The translations under genes and the position numbers were made by a program. The notes below the pieces were generated by a model, which saw only the letters and a list, made by a program, of their open reading frames with translations, was not told the DNA's origin and ran no database searches. DNA of 64,000 nt from a virus (Duplodnaviria > Caudoviricetes): positions 118,834-182,833 of the IMG/VR virus record IMGVR_UViG_2595698832_000001; one strand, written 5' to 3'. Shown here in pieces: positions 55,382 through 64,000 of this stretch. The number at the start of each line of letters is the position of its first letter. Positions within the stretch are counted from its first letter, which is position 1.

Positions 55382-56162
55382 TTAATCGAGCATTTTAGAT
55401 ATAACTATATCGTTGTGTATGGATCTCTTATCAAAATCATATCTATCTTCGAATCTATAATATGAATTATCATTTTTTTGTGAATTTAGAACCTTCAGAA
55501 ATATATTCACAATCAATGCCTTGGTAAGCACATTCTGTAAATTGTCTTGGGTGTCTATCATAAGTTCTACCAGTTTTAACATATATGTACTTATTAAAAT
55601 ACTTGTAAATATCCGGTATAAAATTCTTAGTCATTGTGTAATGTTGAAAATTATTTTTAGGATCTTTGATAATTGCTTTCGGATACATTTTAAGAATATT
55701 TAAATAACTCTTGCAGCAATTATCCATACAATTAACATATACATTATCTAAATGATTAAATATTCTGTGAATCTGATAATATATTTTATTAATATAATTT
55801 TTATTTAAAAAATATTCATCAAAATATTCAGTATTTTCTTTGAACCCTATGGTGCTGTTAGCGATTACATATAACTTATTTAATTTAAGGGATTTTGGGT
55901 GATTTATATTATAGAAATCGTGAGTATCGAATAATAAAACTTTGTTAAATTCTAAATCATATGGATCTTTATATATAAAATTATCAAAACATTTTGGATC
56001 TACGTTGTATTTAATGCTTAAAAAATCTTTATTGATATGACTGTACAATGAAACAAATTTAGTATCAGGATCTAATTCCCAAAGTCTATAAAAATATTCA
56101 AAAGCATCGAACATAGAGCCATTATATTTGAAACACCTAGTTATAACAGCTCTATTAATCAT
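55382..56162 (-). CDS. Glycosyltransferase-like hypothetical protein (paralog of 38098..38928); frameshift near 55475
   Basis: GSMFDAFEYF and YDRHPRQFTECAYQGID align with the paralog. Confidence 0.5.
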
Positions 56163-56398
56163 TATTTTTTAAAATTAATGTCGTCTATTGCAGAATCAAG
56201 ATATGCAAATAAAACAAACGAACCTATTAAAAAGAAAACAATAAAAATTACAGCAAATAATAAATTATAAGCTAACCAAATAGTGCCAAATAATAATATC
56301 ATTATAGTAATAAAAGAATAATTACTTTTTAAATAATTGTATCCTTTTAAAATATAAGATTTAATATAATTGTAAACACCGAGTATATCCATTACCAT
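56162..56398 (-). CDS. Hypothetical membrane protein
   Basis: Long hydrophobic stretch. Confidence 0.55.
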   Translation of the reverse strand: MVMDILGVYNYIKSYILKGYNYLKSNYSFITIMILLFGTIWLAYNLLFAVIFIVFFLIGSFVLFAYLDSAIDDINFKK

Positions 56399-57298
56399 TC
56401 CTCCAAAGTTTCAGTTTCTTTATGTAAATTATAATTAAGTGGGTCTGTCATTATTTCAAGTGGTTTTAAAAAGAACTTATTAAAATTAGTATCCCAATCT
56501 ATATAATCTTTAAATACATTTGCAAATTTTTCATTATTAAAAGCAAAAATGTTAGATTTTAATGGGTTAGGTTCTCTAAGATATAACATACGAACCTTTT
56601 CGCCTAATTCTAATGGTTGAAACTCACCTGTATTTAGACTATTTATATAATGATTTGATACTAAGAAAGCTCTTGAATTAATCGGTATGGATTTGTCCAC
56701 ACCAAGTTTATATTTGCTAGAACTGACCGAAGATATCTTAGCAATATCCATTAGATTTTGACCCAGGTATAATGATCTAATATTTTTTAACCTATTCTTT
56801 AAGTTCTTCTTCTGTACTTTCTAATATAATATTGACGGATTTTTTAAGATATTTTTTAGAAAATGCTGGTGTACTGGATCTGACAATATCGATACCCATT
56901 GTTTTAAGATAAGGTTCACTGAACCTAACACCTTCAGAATCTATAACTTTCATAAAATATCTTTTCTTTGCTACAAACACAGCAGAGCTTGCAATCGCTT
57001 CACGCTTTGCAGAAATTCTTGAAGCATCTAAAGCATTAAAAATAGACCCTAGTTCTTGTGAGCTTGTGTTAATTACCGGTTGTATTTTAGTTTCTATAAA
57101 TTTATCAATTATATCTGTTGCTAATTGTGGGTCTTTTGGTAATTTTTCGTTTATAATATTAGGTACTTGAACATAACAACTGTTATGAACTAATATATCA
57201 TTAGCAAAAAAATTATGATTAGAATCTACTTCAATATCATAGACATCTAATTCTTGGATACCTAAAGATTCTACTTGGAAATTTTCAGTTACTATCAA
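56392..57298 (-). CDS. gp43: DNA polymerase B C-terminal part preceded by a 39 aa C-intein; frameshift near 56790
   Basis: VYDIEVDSNHNFFANDILVHN|SCY, then KRE, AKKRY and MGIDIVRSSTP. Confidence 0.9.
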
Positions 57299-58296
57299 AT
57301 AAACTCCTTTAAATCTAATAAATTATTCGATTTTATATATTCTATAATAATATTACTTAAATTTGTATTAATTCTAAGTTCGTTTTCCCAAATTATTATA
57401 ATTTTATAGCCATTATCTAAAGCGTGATTAATTTTTCTATTATCTGCTTCCCATATTTCCTCAGCAGTCAATGTCTTGTCAAATGGATTGGGATTGTCGT
57501 GGCTATTAAATATTTTAGGATTTGCGTGAAATACATCACCATTAAATTCTATTATTAATTTTAATTCTTTGATATAACAATCATAAAAATACGGAGTTCC
57601 GTTAGAATTTAATACTATTTCTCTTGTTTTTGGTTCATAATAAAAAGTATAATTATTTCCTAATTTGGATTCCAATTCTTCAAATAATTTTGTAGCCATT
57701 TTTGAATAACCTATACACTTTTTGTTATTTAAAAAATTAAGCCACTTTTCATTACCTAGGTATTCACCATATTTTTTAATAAGATTTTCACGAGTGATTG
57801 CTTTACTTGCGTTGATGTTATAATATTTCTGTTCGCCTACAATTTCACCATATTTTTCAACAAAGTATTCTTTTGTATTTGTGTATGCCTGTCTATGTCT
57901 ATAATCCTCCCATTTTTTATTACCTAGGTCTTCACCGTAACGCATTATTAAATTTTTCTTAGTCACCGCTCTGGATTGATTATAACAATCTACTTCATAA
58001 TCACTCATACCCAGCACATTCATTTTATATTCTTTTGTATTTGTATATGCTTGTCTATTACAATAACTTGTCCATTTTTTTAGCGCTCCGGTTTTACCGT
58101 ATAGCAGCAAACATTTATATTTCGTTATACCACCCTTAGTGTATTTGCGTAAACGTCGGTATCGCGCGTATAAATTTTTAGGTCTGTATTCGCTAAACGT
58201 GAGTAAATATTTGTACATAGTTGTATAAGGCAATTTACCATTTTTAACTTCAGATTTTAAAAATTGTTTGAAATCGTTAAAATATGATTCAGTCAT
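57295..58296 (-). CDS. Free-standing Vsr-like (EDxHD-type) homing endonuclease between the PolB halves
   Basis: YFYD...LIIEFNGDVFHANP...D..K...GYKIIIIWE; KYG repeats; overlaps both flanking ORFs. Confidence 0.85.
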   Translation of the reverse strand: MTESYFNDFKQFLKSEVKNGKLPYTTMYKYLLTFSEYRPKNLYARYRRLRKYTKGGITKYKCLLLYGKTGALKKWTSYCNRQAYTNTKEYKMNVLGMSDYEVDCYNQSRAVTKKNLIMRYGEDLGNKKWEDYRHRQAYTNTKEYFVEKYGEIVGEQKYYNINASKAITRENLIKKYGEYLGNEKWLNFLNNKKCIGYSKMATKLFEELESKLGNNYTFYYEPKTREIVLNSNGTPYFYDCYIKELKLIIEFNGDVFHANPKIFNSHDNPNPFDKTLTAEEIWEADNRKINHALDNGYKIIIIWENELRINTNLSNIIIEYIKSNNLLDLKEFI

Positions 58297-60500
58297 TTAA
58301 TATTATTAAGTCTCCATTTTTAATATCTCTTGGTTTAACCTCAATTAATTCAGAATTTCTTAAAACCATAATGCTATGATCTTCGGTTACGACCACTTCT
58401 TTATTATTGACTTTTATTTTAAAAAATTCCTTCTTAACTTTATGTTTCATTATATAATTAATTTTTTTAGTTTCAATTTGTAAGTTTTTATTTACAGATT
58501 CTGTAAAACAATTATCTACTAATTTTACATTATTACCAGATTTTGTAACAATAGGATCAACTTTTATAGAATCATAAAAATCTTCTATTTTAATATTTTT
58601 ACCATTTACTTTAATAATTGAATCCCCAACAACGGAGTCAGTATACATTATAAATTATATAATTTCCAGAACCACATAAATCGCACAAAAAATTATTGAT
58701 ATTTTTACTCATAAGATTTATATAAAATCTTGAATTTCCTGTGATAGCTTTAGCGATTTCTTTATTATATAGAATAAAATGTTTATTTCCGCAAGCCCCG
58801 TATAATGAGTTAATTAAAATCTTAAATGTCAATTGATTGACATCTAATTCCGTTGCTAATGCTTGATATTTTTGTATTAATTCTGGATCTTTAGCATCTT
58901 CAGCCATTTGTTCGTATTTCAACATTTCTTTTTTAGCTGCTTTTCTAAGATTGAAAACTAATTCTGTTAATATTGGTAGAATACCTTTTTTTAGATTTGT
59001 CATACACAGATCCAGTTAATGATCCGCAATAATTATACTTTATAAGTAAATCCGTGTATTTTTTATAAGCTTCGGGATTTTTATAATAATTATTAATATG
59101 ATATTGTTCATCTTCATTAAGATCTAATTCATTTATAGCTTCTTGTAAATCATTTGGCAATTTATAAAATGGTATAAATGTTTCAGAACTTAAATTAAAT
59201 GCCATAATTTGACTAGGATACATACTGGTAACGTCCGCTGAAAAAACCCAATCATATCTACCAATTAATGGTTCAGCTACAAAACCCCCTTTAAATTCTA
59301 CATCACCACTAAATTCACTTGGATTTGGTAATACTATTTTATCTTGCATTGCATAATTTCGGATAAATGTACTCCAAGGAGTTGTTGTCCCAAGTGTTTG
59401 TGGTAATTGAATACCCATAATAGAAGCAATACTAATCATAATATCAGATAATTTAATTGCATTGTCTATTCTATATAATAAGTATGTATCTATAATACTA
59501 TAATGAATAAAATATTCTTTAGAAATTCTTTTTATTTCTTCAGCATCTTTAGCATTATAAAGTTTATATTCTAAAATAGATTCTTCACTAGGTTCAACTT
59601 CTGGTCTAATAAATCCTTCACCTGTTCTAAAACCATCAAAAGTTTTAAAACAATCGTGATTAACTTTTCTTTCGCCTAATTCAACTTCTGCAATATAATC
59701 TAATGAATAAGATTCTCTCGGTTTAAGTCTAAACTTCTTATAGATATCTATAGTATCCATATAGAAAACACCGGGCGCTTTTATACTGTATTTTTTAGTT
59801 CCATTATCTAATTCATTTATTTGAAATTCAGATTTTCCAAATGGACTAAATCCTTCAGTTAAACCTAACTTTTCAGTTCTTCTCCAAAGATAAGCAAAGT
59901 CAAAACCTTCACCATTGTGAGCTAATACTAATAAAGGTTTTAAAGCTTCTATAAGTTTAAATAAAGCAATTAATAAATTATGTTCACCTTCTACTTGATA
60001 GTATTTAAGTTTAAAATCATAAGTCCTATCATCGAAAATATATTTAGAATCTTTAGTATGAGCTTCGGTATCAAAGAACTCATTTGTAAAAATATAATTT
60101 GTATTCGTTAAGTTATGATATACTTGAATTGAAACTATTCTTTCTCTACAAGCTTCGGTGTCAATAGGTGAGTGTGCCGTAGTTTCTATATCCAGATAAA
60201 AAAATACTTATATTTTTATTATATTTTGAATCATTGAGTTTCCAATAGTTCTGCCTAATATGTTCAGCAGCAATATTAGTCTTACCATAAGTTTCTAAAT
60301 TTTTAGCTTGATTAGCTTGAACTTTTGTTAGTTTAATATTTGGATCTAATAAAAAATGTATATTCTCCTTTAGGATCCTCAATAAAAACTTGATTCTTAA
60401 GAAAGACTTTTTGAATTTCAGACTTATTAGTTTCTGTATTATAGAATCTTTCATAAGTTTCAAAATTACCTAAATTGAAGCAAGCTTCGAATAGTTTCAT
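58289..60500 (-). CDS. gp43: DNA polymerase B N-terminal part ending in a 115 aa N-intein (58292-58636); several indels
   Basis: Exonuclease motifs YLDIET and HNGEGFD, DVTSMYPS, KILINSLYG, YN(D)TD|SVVGDS...TEDH. Confidence 0.92.
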
Positions 60501-60619
60501 AATTCTCCTTTGGTTCTAATTTTAAAAATTAACACTAAAGTGTAAAGCTAGAACACTAAAGTGTTATTTGTCAATACTATTGAAATATTATAATATCTTA
60601 AAACTCAATATACAATAAA

Positions 60620-61279
60620 TTAAGAACTAAAATGTTTTAAAACTGTTGTAGCTTCTTGCACTGCTTTATTACGATCAACACAAGCAGAACATTCATTGCA
60701 AGGTTTATTACCACCTTTATAGCAGCTGTAAGTCCAATCTGGGTTTAAACCATTAGATATACCACGGATTGTCAAATCAGTTTTTGTAATATTTGTATAC
60801 GGTGCGAATACCTGAACTCTGTCTTCGGTTCCCGAACCAATGGCTTTAAACATAGCATCGATAAAATCATATCTACAATCTGGAAATACGTTAGAATCAC
60901 CACTGTGGTTTGCTATAGCAATAAATCTACAATCTTCTGATTCTGCTATACCCGTTAAGATACTTAAGAATATACCATTTCTAAACGGAACAATTACATT
61001 TGAAACTTCAGTTGAACCAGCTTCGGGAACTGCTTTAGAACCGCTTAATAAAGCACTTTTAAAAGTTCCAAAAGCTTCTGTTAAATCGATTATTCTATGT
61101 TCGATTTCAGCACCTAATTTATTTACTTCATCCAAGACTTTTTTAGCAGCTGCTAGTTCTTTTTCTTGATGATTTGAACCGTATTTAAAACTTACAGCAA
61201 TCTTAATACGATCTTTAAACTCAAATAGTAAAGCGCTTGAGTCTAAACCACCGCTTAGACTTAAAACTGTATCTTTCAT
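60620..61279 (-). CDS. queC: 7-cyano-7-deazaguanine synthase
   Basis: SGGLDS, VPFRN, FPDCR and TYSCY...CNECSACVDR. Confidence 0.93.
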   Translation of the reverse strand: MKDTVLSLSGGLDSSALLFEFKDRIKIAVSFKYGSNHQEKELAAAKKVLDEVNKLGAEIEHRIIDLTEAFGTFKSALLSGSKAVPEAGSTEVSNVIVPFRNGIFLSILTGIAESEDCRFIAIANHSGDSNVFPDCRYDFIDAMFKAIGSGTEDRVQVFAPYTNITKTDLTIRGISNGLNPDWTYSCYKGGNKPCNECSACVDRNKAVQEATTVLKHFSS

Positions 61280-61371
61280 ATAAATCCTTTTTGATTTGAA
61301 ATATTGTTATTATATAAAATTAAAACTTAAAATGTTATTAATTTTTAGTGAGTTTTTAGTATTATAGTATA

Positions 61372-61820
61372 TACTAAAAAGCCAAGCATTTTTTATACTT
61401 TTTAATATTGCTTTAAGTTTTAGACATTATACTATAGTATATACTACTAAAAAGCCAAGCATTTTTTATACTTTTTAATATTGCTTTAAGTTTTAGACAT
61501 TATACTATAGTATATACTACTAAAAAGCCAAGCATTTTTTATACTTTTTAATATTGCTTTAAGATTTAATCATATGCTAGGATATATAGCATTGTTATAT
61601 ACTACTAAAAAGCCAAGCATTTTTTATACTTTTTAATATTGCTTTAAGTTTTAAGCATATGCTAGGATATATAGCATTGTTATATACTACTAAAAAGCCA
61701 AGCATTTTTTATACTTTTTAATATTGCTTTAAGTTTTAAGCATATGCTAGGATATATAGCATTGTTATATACTACTAAAAAGCCAAGCATTTTTTATACT
61801 TTTTAATATTAGTTTAAGAT
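61372..61820 (-). repeat. Tandem repeat array 3 (6 cores, inverted relative to arrays 1, 2 and 4)
   Basis: GCCAAGCATTTTTTATACTTTTTAATATT x6 is the reverse complement of the core. Confidence 0.95.
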
Positions 61821-61869
61821 TTAATTATGATAGCTGTATTAGTATATAAATAATCTTAAAAGAGGGACT

Positions 61870-62231
61870 ATGCAAAATATGTAGCCATTGCTTTCATCAT
61901 TGTTGCTATGCTAGGATATATAGGATGGCTTAAATATGATAATGCTCAATTACAAACAACTATTTCGAGCTTAGAAGCCAAAAACAAAGGTTTAGAAACT
62001 TCTCTAAACATCCAGGTCAATTTAAATAAAATACAAGACCAAAAGAATCGAGAACTTGTTAACAACATTAAAGAACTTGAAAATAAACCTATTAAAACTG
62101 AAACAAAATATGTAACAGTCAAGGATTGTAAAGTTCAAATATCTAAAGTAGACACCAATATTACCTCAGCTAAAGGTATACCTTTATTTTTAGGAAATAT
62201 AGGTAAAACTCAAATATCTAACCAAAAATAA
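61870..62231 (+). CDS. Inner-membrane spanin candidate (Rz-like); frameshift near 61875
   Basis: Re-framed MQKYVAIAFIIVAMLGYIGW TM helix plus coiled coil, followed by a lipoprotein gene. Confidence 0.65.
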
Positions 62232-62240
62232 GGAATCTTT

Positions 62241-62519
62241 ATGAAGTTTAAAAAGTTTTTATTGGCCTTAATACCTTTTATTTTTATAGGCTGTACCACT
62301 GTTAGAACTGAGTTTGTATACCCAAAAATACCGGATATTAAAGAACCGCCTATAACACAAGATTATAATCTAACTGTAATAAAAATAAATAACATAGAAT
62401 ATTATTCGTTGAGTGCTGAAGATGCTAAGATTTTGTCAGAGAACTGGATCAAGTTTAAATCCTGGGCTGAGACGAATTATGAATTATTAAAAATAATTAA
62501 AAATAAGGACTTAAAATGA
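62241..62519 (+). CDS. Outer-membrane lipoprotein spanin candidate (Rz1-like)
   Basis: Signal peptide with lipobox FIGC and a Pro-rich linker. Confidence 0.68.
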   Translation: MKFKKFLLALIPFIFIGCTTVRTEFVYPKIPDIKEPPITQDYNLTVIKINNIEYYSLSAEDAKILSENWIKFKSWAETNYELLKIIKNKDLK

Positions 62520-63244
62520 GTTTCAAAGACACATTATTAAACCTAGTTTATGAGAATTCTGGCTGTGAAGTGCTGGATTATAAAGACCCTGAAATCAAAG
62601 AAACTGATTCTGGTGATATAGATACAACACCTACCACTAAAGCAGATATTGTTAAACGCAAAGATTCTAAAATTGATGAAGATGATTCTGGTGATGATTC
62701 AGAGCTTGAACCACTATCAAAGGAAGAATTCGACGATATAATTAATTCTTTAGATCCAGATACGATTGCATTAATTATAAGTATTCTTAACGATAATGGA
62801 TATATAGTTGCTTCCAAAGAAGAAATTTTATCAGCAGAAGATTTTGAAGATATTGGCTATCTTGTTTTAGAAGTTCTCGAAGAAATTTCTGAGTATGAAG
62901 CTAACAATTATGAACAATATGGTGCAACTCCAGTAGATGAATCATTTGATGATGCTGAAGTTCTTAAAGAAGCTGCTATGATTTTAGAAGCTAATGATTT
63001 AAGTGATTTAAGTGAACAATTAGTAGATATTGCACATACTAAACAATTAAGACGTGATAGAAAAAGATCAGCTTGGAAAAGATCAGCAGTTTTAAGAGCA
63101 AGATTTAGAAAAACTGGTGAAGGTAGAAGAGAACGCAAAAAAGCGCTTAAATACCTTAAAAAATATAGAAGACAACATAAAGCTCGTATGAAGAGATATT
63201 CACAAAAATATACACAAGTTTGGAAAGGTAATACTAAAAACTAA
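62516..63244 (+). CDS. Prohead core / scaffold-like protein
   Basis: Very acidic N-terminal two-thirds with LxE-type sites and an Arg/Lys-rich C-terminus, as in T4-like core proteins. Confidence 0.55.
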   Translation: MSFKDTLLNLVYENSGCEVLDYKDPEIKETDSGDIDTTPTTKADIVKRKDSKIDEDDSGDDSELEPLSKEEFDDIINSLDPDTIALIISILNDNGYIVASKEEILSAEDFEDIGYLVLEVLEEISEYEANNYEQYGATPVDESFDDAEVLKEAAMILEANDLSDLSEQLVDIAHTKQLRRDRKRSAWKRSAVLRARFRKTGEGRRERKKALKYLKKYRRQHKARMKRYSQKYTQVWKGNTKN

Positions 63245-63468
63245 TGATATTTTGTGAAGATTTAGAACCAATATATGAGGTGGTGAAAAAACTACCTCTT
63301 TATAAACAGAGAGCTAAGGAAGAAGTGTTTTTAGGTATTTTAAAATCAAAATCTAAGAAATGGATCGGATGGAAATACCTAAAAGAACTTAAAAAAGATA
63401 AAAGCTTTGACGACAGCGCTATTTTTATTGAGCTTTATGAGCCTTGCGTTAAATTACTACTGGATTAA
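63244..63468 (+). CDS. Hypothetical protein
   Basis: 74 aa ORF abutting the upstream stop codon. Confidence 0.5.
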   Translation: MIFCEDLEPIYEVVKKLPLYKQRAKEEVFLGILKSKSKKWIGWKYLKELKKDKSFDDSAIFIELYEPCVKLLLD

Positions 63469-63647
63469 ATCTCAAAACGACTCTATCAAATACGATAACC
63501 TTAATAAAAAACTACAAATTTTAAATTTGTTAATATTCTAATTTAATATTAAAGAGTTTGAAATTTTTTAAAAAATTTTTACCCTTTAATATGATATTAT
63601 AATATAAAAAACTTTTTTAAAAATTTTTAGTAGTTTTATTTGGTACT

Positions 63648-63940
63648 TAAAAAAATGCTTGGCTTTTTAGTAGTATATAACAATGCTATATATCCTAGCA
63701 TATGCTTAAAGCTTAAAGCAATATTAAAAAGTATAAAAAATGCTTGGCTTTTTAGTAGTATATAACAATGCTATATATCCTAGCATATACTTAAAGCTTA
63801 AAGCAATATTAAAAAGTATAAAAAATGCTTGGCTTTTTAGTAGTATATAACAATGCTATATATCCTAGCATATGCTTAAAGCTTAAAGCAATATTAAAAA
63901 GTATAAAAAATGCTTGGCTTTTTAGTAGTATATACTATAA
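63648..63940 (+). repeat. Tandem repeat array 4 (3 full cores plus a partial, period ~85 bp)
   Basis: Same core and the same hairpin linker as arrays 2 and 3. Confidence 0.95.
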
Positions 63941-64000
63941 TAACTGAAACTTAATATAAACTTAAACTCTAAAACGACATAAATAATATAAAAGGTTCAT

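Noticed and set aside
997-62231. Widespread frameshifts read as pseudogenisation or programmed frameshifting
   Set aside because: They hit essential genes (ligase, topoisomerase, PolB, NrdA, clamp) and fall mostly in homopolymers, which is the pattern of pyrosequencing-type error. Only resequencing can settle individual cases.
2284-63138. Short antisense ORFs in the track (for example 2284..2511, 3746..4033, 12747..13070, 44191..44565, 60840..61169, 62578..62817)
   Set aside because: They lie opposite better-supported genes and lack an RBS or recognisable motifs.

Overview
This AT-rich 64 kb window comes from a large T4-like myophage. Its gene content (folE and queC, several radical SAM genes, tRNA-Thr(TGT) and tRNA-Pro(TGG), a Cas4-like nuclease, long intergenic tandem-repeat arrays) fits a group II Campylobacter phage (Firehammervirus); this assignment is from recognition, not a database search. 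It carries virion genes (sheath, baseplate, tube-like proteins, neck, capsid-fold protein, tail fibre plus chaperone), replication genes (ligase, topoisomerase, UvsW, helicase, clamp, PolB, NrdA, TK) and lysis genes. Many essential genes are broken by single-base indels, mostly in homopolymers, which I read as sequencing error and have re-joined. Main observations: (1) PolB and NrdA are both fractured by naturally split inteins with a free-standing endonuclease between the halves; (2) a TnpA-less TnpB element with an omegaRNA-like 3' end splits an HTH gene that can be rebuilt in frame; (3) a structured ~85 nt non-coding element occurs twice with a compensatory base change, and one copy can pair with the C. 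jejuni CRISPR repeat as I recall it; (4) further small-RNA-like units and a half tRNA-Tyr sit in the tRNA region; (5) four arrays of one repeat occur in both orientations, two behind a shared leader; (6) there are paralog families of Cys-x-x repeat proteins, GNAT-like proteins and glycosyltransferase-like proteins.
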